Assembly (NCBI GenBank): GCA_002269645.1
Contig: NIVC01002308.1
Span: forward strand, 1 to 44,180
DNA: 44,180 nt
Direction: 5' to 3'
Source: Macrostomum lignano
Lineage: Eukaryota
The first letter of the stretch is position 1. Each line of letters begins with the position of its first letter. The notes under the pieces were generated by a model. It made no database searches, had not been told where the DNA came from, and saw nothing but the letters and a program-made list of their open reading frames with translations. Shown piece after piece: positions 13,115 to 24,650 of the stretch. The translations under genes were made by a program, and so were the position numbers.

Positions 13115-16100
13115 ATGGAAGCTGAGAGTCGACTCAATTCCATTTCTTTGCATCGTTATCTGCAGCTCAGACAAAGCAACAATAACAATAGTACTAATAG
13201 TAGTAAAGTTGGCCGATATCCTGGACTAATTCGAATCCGATTGGAACGCCTATTTGACAGCGTGTCGCCTTCGGAATGGCGCAACAACGTTTTCTTGGGT
13301 TTCTTGGCCGATGGCCAACTGCTGTGCTCGTATCGCTTGCCATTACGGCGATGCAGCTAGTCAAGATGGAGACGATTCCCGCATGGAGACGTTGCAGCTA
13401 TCAACTGCTGCTTGGCACGTTGATGTGGCCTCGATTGATTCTAGTTGCTCATTAGTGCCCCTGTGTGTTGAAGTCTATTCCGCCTTTGGAATCAGGCTAG
13501 TATATAAAGTTTCGGGATTCCCTTTTTGGACAGGCTAGTCCCTTTTTATCAGGCTAGTATATATTGAAGTTTTGGGAAGGAGCAGGCTAGTATATATTGA
13601 AGTTTTGGGAATTCCCTTTTAGAAATCACTAGTATTATATTGAAGTTTCGGGAATTCCTTTTGGAGATCAGGCTAGTAATATTGAAGTTTCGGGAATTCC
13701 CTTTTGGAGATCAGGCTAGTATATATTGAAGTTTCGGGAATTCCCCTTTTGGAGATCAGGCTAGTATATATTGAAGTTTTGGGAATTCCCCTTTTGGAGA
13801 TCAGGCTAGTCTATATTGAAGTTTTGGGAATTCCCCTTTTAGAAATCAGGCTAACTCTATATTGAAGTCGGGAATTCCCCTTTCCGAATTCAGGCTACCC
13901 TGTATTGAAGTTTGGGAATTCCCCTTAGTGGATCAGGCTACTCGATGCGGAGTTAAGGGAATTCCACTTAGTAGATCTGGCTACTCAATTGGAGTTGAGG
14001 GAATTCCCCTTAGTGGATCTGGCTACTCAATTTGGAGTTGAGGGAATTCCCCTTTGTAGACCAGACAACTTTTTTGTTTGTGTTGATCAATTGAATTTGT
14101 ATATAATAAAACATGATTAAGTGGTCTAATATCGTAAATAATTAAACTTATTCAGGGCAACATTAGCCGTTGCTTACGACATCTCGTGGCTTGCTAGATT
14201 TGAGCATCAGCCCATCTGTGTGACAGAATGCCGCGGCGTTGCTTGCGTTTCGACTCCGCAATTGCCGCATCGTCGATTGTTGATTGGGCTGCCAAGTTTG
14301 ACTAGTGGCTGTGCGAACTGTTCAGTTGATTTGGCAGCTGGGAGCACCGTGTCTTGTAGTCGGCACGTTTGGAGATGCCAACTAGAGGAGCCCGCTTCTA
14401 CCGGTTGTGTGAGTTTATCTGCTGGGTTTCGGTAATTATAATAGATACTTTATGTAGAGCTAAATTGGCTCTAAGTGGAGTGCGCGTTTGAGGAAAGAAG
14501 CGCGGCGAGACTGAAGAGCCAATCAGAAGGCAGAGGGAGAGATAGTAAAAGAATGAGTGGAGTGCGCGACTGAGGGAAAAGGCGAGACTGAAGAGCCAAT
14601 CAGAAGGCGGAGAGGGAGAGAGATAGTAAAAGGAGGGGTGCAGTGCACGACTGAGAAAGGAGACGAGATTGAAGAGCCAATTAGAAGGCAGAGAGGGAAA
14701 GAGATAATAAAAGGAGAGTTGGAGTGCGCGACTGAGAAAAGAGGCGGCGAGATTGAAGAGCCAATTAAGAGCCAGCGGGGGAGAGAGATAAGAATAAAAA
14801 GGCATTTATAAACATCTATAAATCGATAATCACATATAATGTATATATACTGCTCTATATACAGACTAATCCAATCACTTCTACTCTCTTCCCCAGGACT
14901 CCGAGCTGCATCAGCGCTTCTCTCCGTCAACGATCTCTTCTGACCCTATTATTGACTCAGATCTGAGCAACAAGAACAGCTCCAGAAAGTGTTTGAATCC
15001 TCCAACTGCCTCAATAGGCGCTCTTGGCCCCTCTAGGGTGCTATTTAAAGACGATAGTCAATTATTAGTATTTTGCGACTCGTTAAAATCCAACTCAGGA
15101 GGTTCCATTCGTCTAGTTCGAGTTGGACCAATTTTTGCGAATAATTTTCGCAGAAAATTCCCAGGCGATCGGTTGTGCAAGTTGCGTCTGTGTCCGTGCG
15201 GCCTGGCTTATAACTTTTTGCCAGAAAGTACTTTAGCCTTTTACGAGTGTTTCGCTGATGTACAGGAAAGCGAAGATGCTGACGACAGCTCTAGTGATTC
15301 CTCGGCTTCTGTTGATGAAGCTGATGACGGGGATGTAGACGAAGAAGCTGAAGAGACCGAAAAGGAACGAGAATTGAAGTATCGTTTGTCATTGTCGGCA
15401 GGGTAAGCAACATTTTTATTGTCTGCTTTTAGTGTTGTCTGGCATTCTAGCAGCTTCAAATTTGTCACTCTCTCAGCTATAGAATCTGTCACTCCCAGCT
15501 ATAGAATCTGTCACTCTCCCAGCTATAGAATCCGTCACTCCCAGCTATCGAATCTGTCACTCTCCCAGCTATAGAATCCGTCACTTCCAGCTATCGAATC
15601 TGTCACTCTCCCAGCTATAGAATCCGTCACTCCCAGCTATCGAATCTGTCACTCTCCCAGCTATAGAATCCGTCACTCCCAGCTATCGAATCTGTCACTC
15701 TCCCAGCTATAGAATCCGTCACTTCCAGCTATCGAATCTGTCACTCTCCCAGCTATAGAATCCGTCACTCCCAGCTATCGAATCTGTCACTCTCCCAGCT
15801 ATAGAATCCGTCACTCCCAGCTATCGAATCCGTCACTCCCAGCTATCGAATCCGTCACTCCCAGCTATAGAATCTGTCACTCCCAGCTATAGAATCCGTC
15901 ACTTTCCCAGCTATAGAATCCGTCACTCCCAGCTATCGAATCCGTCACTCCCAGCTATCGAATCCGTCACTCCCAGCTATAGAATCTGTCACTCCCAGCT
16001 ATAGAATCCGTCACTTTCCCAGCTATAGAATCTGTCACTCCCAGCTATAGAATCCGTCACTTTCCCAGCTATAGAATCCGTCACTTTCCCAGCTATAGAA

Positions 16101-19100
16101 TCTGTCACTCCCAGTTATAGAATCTGTCACTCTCCCAGCTATAGAATCTGTCACTCTCCCAGCTATAGAATCGGTCACTCTCCCAGCTATAGAATCTGTC
16201 ACTCTCACAGCTATAGAATCGGTCACTCTCCCAGCTATAGAATCTGTCACTCTCCCAGCTATCGAATCTGTCACTCTCACAGCTATAGAACATGTCACTC
16301 TCACAGCTAGAGACTCTGTCACTCTCCCAGCTATAGAATCTGTCACTCTCACAGCTAGAGACTCTGTCACTCTCCCAGCTATAGAATCTGTCACTCTCAC
16401 AGCTAGAGACTCTGTCACTCTCCCAGCTATATATAGAATCTGTCGCTCTCACAGCTATAGAATCGGTCACTCTCACAGCTATAGAATCTGTCACTCTCAC
16501 AGCTATAGAATCCGTCACTCTTCCAGCTATAGAATCTGTCACTCTCACAGCTATAGACTCTGTCACTCTCCAGCTATAGAATCTGTCTCTCTCCCAGCTA
16601 CTCATTGGGATCTGCATGTACAGTCAATCTGTACTCATTGGGATCTGCATGTACAGTCAATCTGTACTCATTGGGATCTGCATGTTCAGTCAATCTGTAC
16701 TCATTGAGATCTGCATGTACAGTCAATCTGTACTCATTGAGATCTGCATGTTCAGTCAATCTGTACTCATTGAGATCTACATGTAAATTCAATCTGTACT
16801 CACTGAGAGCTTCACTGTACTTTATACTTTCTCAGGTACATGTACTTTCTGAACCCATTAAATACATGAAAATTCGGTCTGCGTGTACTTTTCAAATCGC
16901 AGTCAACTTTTATCTCAATATCCAACCGATTAATTTCTTTTCACAGGCGTTTAGCCCGTCCGACACCGAGTGCGCCTTGCGATCTATGTCTTTTCTTAAA
17001 GTACACCCAGTACTATCCAACCTCGTCAGTGCTTAATTTCAACCAATTCTCGCCAATACGACTCTATCAAGCTCAACGGCTGAGCTTAAACAGGCGCGGG
17101 ATTCATTCTCACTCGCTAGAATCGGAGCCCTATCCCAGCCCCTGCTGCTGCGATCTGATTGGCTGCCGTCAGGGACCAATAGCAGTCGAGGAAGCTCTCG
17201 GATTGAAAAGCAGCGCCAGCTGTATTAGTAATGATAATAATAATAGACATCGCGATCTCTTATCGCAACAGTCCGAATTGTCAGTGTGCAGTCCGTGCAA
17301 TTATCTCTATACAGATAATCGATATCTGAGCTACACTTATCGATTGTTCTCGGCGCATTCTGGCGAACCCGACGAATTGCCGGTCTATGACTATTCAGAT
17401 TTGACTGGATCAGCGCACTGTTCGGCTTTGTTATATTGTATGCGAGGTGAGTAAGGGCTGTATTGGGCTGCTGCTTTGTCAGTTCTTTAGCATTAGTTTT
17501 ATACTAATTGTGCTAATTCTCTTATTAACCTTTCTGTTTTATCTACGGTTTATCCACGATTTAACGATCTCTGCAACTAATACTTTTTCTACAACTGCCT
17601 TTCTGCCTACTCTCGCTCTCCCCCCACTCTCCCTCTCCTTCCCACTCTCCCTATCTTTCCCATTCTCCCTCTCCCCACTCTCCCTCTCCTTCCCACTCTC
17701 CCTCTTTCTTCCCATTCTCCCTCTCCCCACTCTCCCTCTCCTTCCCACTCTCCCTATCTTTCCCATTCTCCCTCTCCCCACTCTCCCTCTCCTTCCCACT
17801 CTCCCTCTCTTTCCCATTCTCCCTCTCCCCACTCTCCCTCTCCTTCCCACTCTCCCTATCTTTCCCATTCTCCCTCTCCCCACTCTCCCTCTCCTTCCCA
17901 CTCTCCCTCTTTCCCATTCTCCCTCTCCCCCACTCTCCCTCTCCTTCCCACTCTCTCTATCTTTCCCATTCTCCCTCTCCCCACTCTCCCTCTCCTTCCC
18001 ACTCTCCCTATCTTTCCCATTCTCCCTCTCCCCACTCTCCCTCTCCTTCCCACTCTCCCTATCTTTCCCATTCTCCCTCTCCCCACTCTCCCTCTCCTTC
18101 CCACTCTCCCTATCTTTCCCATTCTCCCTCTCCCCACTCTCCCTCTCCTTCCCACTCTCCCTATCTTTCCCATTCTCCCTCTCCCCACTCTCCCTCTCCT
18201 TCCCACTCTCCTCTCTTTCCCATTCTCCCTCTCCCCCACTCTCCCTCTCCTTCCCACTCTCCCTATCTTTCCCATTCTCCCTCTCCCCACTCTCCCTCTC
18301 CTTCCCACTCTCCCTATCTTTCCCATTCTCCCTCTCCCCACTCTCCCTCTCCTTCCCACTCTCCCTCTCTTTCCCATTCTCCCTCTCCCCCACTCTCCCT
18401 CTCCTTCCCACTCTCCCTATCTTTCCCATTCTCCCTCTCCCCACTCTCCCTCTCCCCCACTCTCCTTCTCCCATTCTCCCTCTCCCCACTCTCCCTCTCC
18501 TTCCCACTCTCCCTATCTTTCCCATTCTCCCTCTCCCCACTCTCCCTCTCCTTCCCACTCTCCCTCTCTTCCCATTCTCCTCTCCCCCACTCTCCCTCTC
18601 CTTCCCACTCTCCTTCTTTCCCATTCTCCCTCCCACTCTCCCTCTCCCCACTCTCCTTCTCCCACTCTCCCTCTCCCCCACTCTCCTCTCCCACTCTCCC
18701 TCTCCCCACTCTCCTCTCCTCTCCCTCTCCCCCACTCTCCCTCTCCCCCTCTCCCTCTCCCACTCTCCCTCTCCCCCACTCTCTCTCCCACTCTCCCTCT
18801 CCCACTCTCCCTCTCCTTCCCACTCTCCCTCTCCCACTCTCCCTCTCCCCCGCACTCTCCCTCTCCCCACTCTCCCTCTCCCCCACTCTCCCTCTCCCCC
18901 ACTCTCCCTCTCCCCATTCTCCCTCTCCTCCACTCTGCCTCTCCCGTTATCCCTCTTGCCACTCTCTGACCTCTATCATATTGCCATCGATATCTTTACT
19001 TTTTATTCCCGTTGTCTTCCGCTGGCTCTTGTGTTTCATTAGTGCGCGCGCTTTGAAAGTGCATTGGCATCAACATACTGCCTCCATTTAGTGTGTGCTT

Positions 19101-19712
19101 TCTCCCTCATTTAATGTTTGTCCAGGCAATTCTTCAGCGCTAGAATACGCCGGTCCCCTTAATTGGACATTCGATACTCACCAGTCAACTGCCGATCAAT
19201 CAGCCAGCCTTTGGCACTTTGAAGAGCTCTCCCTATCTGTGCCCGCGTTTCTCCGATCGCACAACAATCGCCTGTTGAATCGACAAAAATTTGTACGCTT
19301 CATTTTCATTGACGAGTGTCGCCTTGGAGACAATGATTTAATTATTGTTATTGAAACTTTGTCGTCGAATACTACTACAGCTGCTGCATATACTACTAGT
19401 GCTAGCGATAGCGACAGTAGTACATCTAGCACTTGCTCGCCAACAGCGTCAAAGCGGCGTAAAGTTTTTCATTGTCGTCAAAATCAAACTACTACTACTA
19501 CTAAAAGTAGTAGACGTTGGTTAGAATTGTCGCTAAATCTAACCAACGGAATGCTGCGCTACAATCGTTGCATTACTAATCTTAATCAGGTGTTGCCAAG
19601 CTTAAATGCCCGACAGTCTAATTGGTCTATTGATAATTTTGCTATGTCAACTCATGCCAGATCGGCTACGCGTTTGGTTAGCGAAGGCGGCGAGATTGTA
19701 TTGGAGCTGTGA
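13115..19712 (+). CDS. DCAF15: DDB1- and CUL4-associated factor 15-like (divergent); 5 coding exons, one apparent +1 frameshift in exon 1
   Basis: Exons 13115-13462, 14156-14408, 14897-15402, 16947-17446 and 19126-19712 have consistent phases (about 730 aa after removing one base near 13337). VFLGFLADGQLLCSY resembles DCAF15 IFLGFSKCGRYVLSY. CANC-x11-CSRH resembles the CAAC...CLRH zinc site. The C-terminal LELSLNLTNG...SIDNFAMSTHARSATRLVSEGGEIVLEL resembles LKVAWDLNTG...[29 protein letters not shown]. The similarity is motif-level, from memory. Confidence 0.7.
13490..14065 (+). repeat. Minisatellite, about 43-45-bp unit atcaggctagtatatattgaagtttcgggaattcccttttggag, DCAF15 intron 1
   Basis: Tandem units with a divergence gradient toward the 3' end. 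Confidence 0.9.
14470..14790 (+). repeat. Degenerate ~80-bp tandem repeat with a gagccaat motif, DCAF15 intron 2
   Basis: Four units gagtgcgcgactgag...gaagagccaatcagaaggcagagggagagatagtaaaag; gagccaat at about 14516, 14594, 14675 and 14758. Confidence 0.85.
15462..16600 (+). repeat. Minisatellite, 22-24-bp unit cagctatagaatctgtcactc(tc)cc, DCAF15 intron 3
   Basis: Tandem array of alternating 22- and 24-bp units; shares tctgtcactctc with 24685-26285. Confidence 0.95.
16598..16820 (+). repeat. Minisatellite, 33-bp unit tactcattgggatctgcatgtacagtcaatctg, DCAF15 intron 3
   Basis: About 6 units directly abutting the preceding array. Confidence 0.92.
17605..18965 (+). repeat. Polypyrimidine (C/T) array, 51-bp higher-order unit, DCAF15 intron 4
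   Basis: ccccactctccctctccttcccactctccctatctttcccattctccctct repeated; G is almost absent on the + strand. Confidence 0.95.
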
Positions 19713-20002
19713 CACAGTTCAGTGCTGGTAATTTATTGACTAATTGTTATTTTTCTTAATGCTGCTAGTTATGCTAGTGTCTGTTGTTTTGCAATGCACT
19801 GTAGGCTATGTGTGTACGCGATTGTTATTTGAACTTGCAGTCTGACTGTTCTACTGTATATTGTCCTTTGTTTCTTTAGAGTTTCTCTGATTTCTCTCAT
19901 CTCCTGTCTCCCCCTCTCCCATCTCATATCTTGTCTCATATCTTCGCCTCATCTCGTATCTCAATCTCTCCTTTCAAGTCATCTCATCTCCTCTCCTATC
20001 CT

Positions 20003-20245
20003 AAGGGGTTGTGGTTCGATTCCCGATCCCACTCGGGACAATTTGTGTCCTTGAGCAAGACACTTTGACTATGCATTGCTTCAGTTCACCCAGCTGTAAA
20101 ATGGGTGCCAGCATTAGCTGGGATTATTGAGGATCTGTAGCGACCCCCCATTCCTTGGACTGAACAGCCGTACGCAGCCATAGCTGCGGCTGAGCTGTCG
20201 GTTGCACATCTGGCCATTATGGCAGCTGTAATCAATTATTATTAT
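20003..20245 (+). mobile_element. tRNA-derived CORE-like SINE, copy 2 (5'-truncated), downstream of DCAF15
   Basis: B-box ggttcgattcc, then close identity to 9340-9553 (acaatttgtgtccttgagcaagacact...ggttgcacatctggc). It ends in a (tta)n tail and lacks the A-box. Confidence 0.8.
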
Positions 20246-20954
20246 TCTCCCCTCCTCTCTCATCTTATCTCCTATCTCCCCCAGTTCCATGTCTCATCTC
20301 TTTCTTTATTACCTTTCCCAATTCTTTATTTAACATTCAGTCAAATTTAAGCGAGCATTTATTATAACTTAATTCCTCTACCTGTGTACATGAGTTGTCA
20401 TTTTTCATGCTGTTTGTTTAGTGCTTTCTATGATTTTTGCTTTTATTTTCTATGCACTTATTGCAGCTAAACTTCTATTACTCAAAATCTATTTGCATGA
20501 TTATTATATAACTATTTTTGTTATGTTATAATCTGGGGTCATTGTTCTTAAGAGTATTAAATATTGGTTAAATTCAACTGCCCATTAATAATAATAAGCC
20601 AATACTAATAAGTCCGCTCAGGTGAAGTATCGCCCCAATTATCTATCGCAAAAGAATATGTCGATTTGTACTTTTCTATTTTTCTTTACGTAGCTGGTTT
20701 AACAATTTTTTCATGTTTTTTTTTCTCTTACTCTTTCTTAGCTGGCTTCCAGCGTTCTAGAAAGATTATATAATGAACTGATTTATTCTCTTGCAGTTTT
20801 CCTGTCAATAACTTCTCGTATCTGCGTCTTGCGCGTGCCGGCTATGTGCTGTCTTTTAAAGGCCACACTACATGTGTGTAGTGTGAACTTGCTTTTAAAC
20901 CGTGCTTCTACACCTTTTCGGCAGTTCCAGTTTCTGGTCTTTGATCTTGTATCC

Positions 20955-21250
20955 ATTTTAAGGAGAATCGATCTCCAACTAATTTTGAAAACCGCTCTCC
21001 AACTCGTAATTAGAATAATCGCCCTCTAACTAATTAAAATAATCGTCTTAACTGATTAGAAGAATCGCCCTCCAACTAATTAGAAAAATTGCCCTCCAAC
21101 TCATTAGGAGAATCCCTTTTTAACTATTTTTGAAGAATCGCCCTTTAACTATTAGATTAATCGCCCTCCAACTAAATAAAAAAATCGCCCTCAAACTAAT
21201 TAGAAAAATCGCCCTCAAACTCACTAGAAGAATCTCCTTTTGAAAATAAT
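20955..21250 (+). repeat. Degenerate ~23-bp minisatellite aattagaagaatcgccctccaact (AATCGCC family), upstream of syntrophin
   Basis: About 12 degenerate units. Confidence 0.85.
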
Positions 21251-21425
21251 CACCCGAGCCACATTTTTAACAGTAAAAGTAAAATTATGTAACAGAGTTA
21301 ACACATAAAATTGCATCCGTTTCAGCATCCGATTGCCTCATCAAAAAGCCAAACCAATAATGGCATTAATTTAAAGAAATTCCAAATCACCAAATGAGCC
21401 ATCATCCGTTTGAGTCTGTCGCAAA

Positions 21426-24400
21426 ATGTCTGCGTCCCTCACAGGGCCTTGCATTTTAGTGTCTGGCGAGCCTCTAGTTGTTGATCCGAAACATTCATCA
21501 GCAGCACCATCTGCTGCAATTGGAGGTCTTGAACTGCCAGTTCGTCTAGTGCTAACTGCAACTAGCCTCACGGTTCAGGAGTCAGTTGCTATTTGGGATC
21601 CGACAGTTGCCGCTAGTCTAGCCTATCAGTTCGATCGTTCGGGCCTGCCACTGGTTCGCGAACTGTCTCTGTGCAGGGATCGTCGCGGCAGCTTCGGGTT
21701 CAGCGTGAGAGGCGGATCAGAGTGCGGACTGCCCGTGCTGGTCTCCAAGGTGCAGCTGAGATCGTCGTCTGAGTCGGCGTCTGGCTCCAGAAGCGGCGCC
21801 GGTGTCGGAGGAGGCGGCAAAAGTCGACTACCGGCTCTGTTCGTTGGAGACGCCCTGCTGGGTATTGATCAGGCCTGCGTTGATGGGGCTACTCACGAGG
21901 AAGCGGTTGCCAGGCTGAGAAATGCCGGCCAACAGGTGACTCTGTTGGTTAGGCATTATCGCCAGGTAAGAGGGGCTTACGGGAGTTGCTGCTGCTGGGC
22001 CAGCCTCCCAGAGTGTCAGTTGCTGAGCCAGCCTCCCAGATCCTCAGTTGCTAGGCCAGCCTCCCAGAGTGTCAGTTGCTGGCCTCCCAGATCCTCAGTT
22101 GCTAGGCCAGCCTCCCAGATCCTCATTTGCTGGGCCAGCCTCTCAGATCCTCAGTTGCTGGGCCAGCCTCTCAGATCCTCAGTTGCTGGGCCAGCCTCTC
22201 AGATCCTCAGTTGCTGGGCCAGCCTCCCAGATCCTCAGTTGCTGGGCCAGCCTCCCAGATCCTCAGTCGCTGGGCCAGCCTCCCAGATCCTCAGTTGCTG
22301 GGCCAGCCTCTTAGATCCTCAGTCGCTGGGCCAGCCTCCCAGATCCTTAGTTGCTAGGCCAGCCTCTCAGATCCTCAGTCGCTGGGCCAGCCTCTCAGAT
22401 CCTCAGTCGCTGGGCCAGCCTCCCAGAGTGTCAGTTGCTGCGCCAGCCTCCCAGATCACCAGTTGCTGGGCCAGTCTCCCAGATCACCAGTTGCTGGGCC
22501 AGCCTCCCAGAGTGTCAGTTGCTGGGCCAGTTAAAAATAATTGTTCACCCCATCAACCCAGGCCGCCAGAATTCTGCTAAGCTACCATCGTCGACCCTCG
22601 ACAGCAACAACAGCAACTGGTGACCAGGTGCCTTTGACATCTCAGCTGTTGAATTCTCAGCAGAAGCAGAAATCGCAAAGCAGCTGGGCAAATCTCATGA
22701 CAGTCCCTCTGCTCTACGCTAGACTCCGTTGCTATGCTGTTGGCACGGATCGGCCTCGTCCAGCCGACTGTCTTGAAGTGGTGGCTTTGAGCGGCCATTC
22801 GACCGGTTGTCTGCGATTTCTAACCAAGCACCAGCATACTACTTGTGGCACTAACATCAGTAGCAGTAGTATCAATAGCGGCTTTCAACTAGCCGCAGTA
22901 TGGCGATCAGCTATTATTAACAATATTCGTCGATTATCGAAAATTAAATCGATCGAATTTAACGCCTATAGTAGTAACGAAGGCGCTAGTCTAGCAGTCC
23001 ACTATGCTAATTGGTTTAGTTTAACTCTGCACGAGAATCCGCTGAGAAGCCGACTATGGCAGGACGTGTTTCTGGCTATGAGAGGCGAAGATTTGCTACT
23101 ATTCGAGCTGCCGCCCGTCCTAGCAACCGACTGGCGCAGCTATTCGTTGAAAGAGAAATTGTATAAATGCGTGATTAGAGTGCTGCCTCAACAGGAGCTG
23201 CTTGATAGAAGAAGCAATGCATTTTTTCTGCACGTTGGCGGAGGCGGCGAAGCGTTTTATATGAGCGCGGCGAGTTCGGATGAAGTGCAGCAGCTGGAAC
23301 GATGCTGGTTTAATGCTACTTCGGCCGCTCTGGATGCCCGAGCCAGACGAGGGGCGCCGGTTATGTTTAAGGTGGTTTTAGATTCAAGCTGAGTTCTTCT
23401 AGATGAAAACAAGTTCAATTTTTATAAATGTTTCTTTGATTTTAAATTGCTTCCCCCCCATAAAAATCGCCTACCCAAAAAATCGCCCACCCCCATAAAA
23501 ATCGCCTACCCCATAAAAATCGCCTACCCCCATAAAAATCGCCCACCCCCATAAAAATCGCCTACCCCCATAAAAATCGCCTACCCCCATAAAAATCGCC
23601 CACCCCCATAAAAATCGCCTACCCCATAAAAAATCGCCTACCCCATAAAAATCGCCTACCCCATAAAAATCGCCTACCCCCATAAAATCGCCCCTCAATA
23701 AAAATCGGCCCTCATAAAATTCGCCTCCCATTAAAGTCACCCCCCATAAAAATCGCCTCCCCATAAAAATAGCCACCCATATAAAAATCGCCCCTCCATA
23801 AAAATCGCACCTCATAAAAATTGCCTCCGATAAAATTAACCTCCCATAAAAACCGCCTCACATAAAAATCGCCTGCCCCATTTACAAGCTGCCATAAAAA
23901 TCTATAAAAATCGCCTACCCCATAAAAATCGCCTACCCCATAAAATTGCCTCCCCAAAAAATCGCCCCCATAAAAAATCCCCCCTTAAAATTCGCCTCCC
24001 ATTAAATTCGCCCCCGTAAAAATCGCCCTCCATAAAAATCGCCTCCCATAAAAATCGCCCCCATAAAAAATCCCCCCTTAAAATTCGCCTCCCATTAAAT
24101 TCGCCCCCGTAAAAATCGCCCTCCATAAAAATCGCCTCCCATAAAAATCGCCCTCCATAAAAATCGCCTCCCATAAAAATCGCCCTCCATAAAAATCGCC
24201 CTCCATAAAAATCGCCCCCAAAACAATCGCTTCCACACAAAACCGCCTCACTCAATAATAAATCTTCTTGCACCGCCTCTTCCTCTCACTCGTCAGGTCA
24301 CCTGTCAAGGAGTGTACGGCACATTGACATTTGACCTCAATCGGGGCGTAGAGTTTAAAAGCGATCCGCGTTCGCGCAGAACTGCCGCGAATTTGGCTCA

Positions 24401-24650
24401 GGCCACTGCTCAACAACAGACCAATTGGGTTCACAGCTTCTCCAGTTTGCGTCGCACCTCAGACGATCGGGATCAGACTCTCTATTTGCACTTTAGTGCC
24501 AGCTCAGCTGAGGCTCCGGCTGTGGTTCGAGTGATACAGGCACCGGATCTGCAGCTCATGCTCATTGTGCTGCACGCTTTCCTGTCTAGCAAGCTGGCCG
24601 CTGTGGACCCGCTGTTTCACAGGCACCTCGCTGGTGCACACAATCCATGA
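21426..24650 (+). CDS. SNTG1/2: Gamma-type syntrophin (split PH1 with inserted PDZ, PH2, syntrophin-unique domain); 3 exons, about 567 aa
   Basis: Exons 21426-21965, 22562-23371 and 24297-24650, both introns phase 0 (cag|gtaag...ccag|gcc; aag|gtgg...tcag|gtc). N-terminal TGPCIL..VRLVLT resembles TGICLL..VRLHL. PDZ: GSFGFSVRGGSECGLPVLVSKV, LFVGDALLGID, ATHEEAVARLRNAGQQVTLLV. PH2: FLAMRGEDLLLFELPP. SU domain: WVHSFSSLRRTSDD...VLHAFLSSKLAAVDPLF. Confidence 0.92.
21985..22530 (+). repeat. Minisatellite gctgggccagcctcccagatcctcagtt, syntrophin intron 1
   Basis: Same unit as 2630-3626; fills nearly all of intron 21966-22561. Confidence 0.95.
23452..24252 (+). repeat. Minisatellite, 18-20-bp unit ccccataaaaatcgccta (AATCGCC family), syntrophin intron 2
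   Basis: Tandem degenerate units within intron 23372-24296. Confidence 0.95.

Noticed and set aside
17447-19042. 531-aa Leu/Pro/Ser ORF and antisense Gly/Arg/Glu ORFs
   Set aside because: Stop-free by composition (C/T tract) and lying inside DCAF15 intron 4, between a canonical donor and acceptor.
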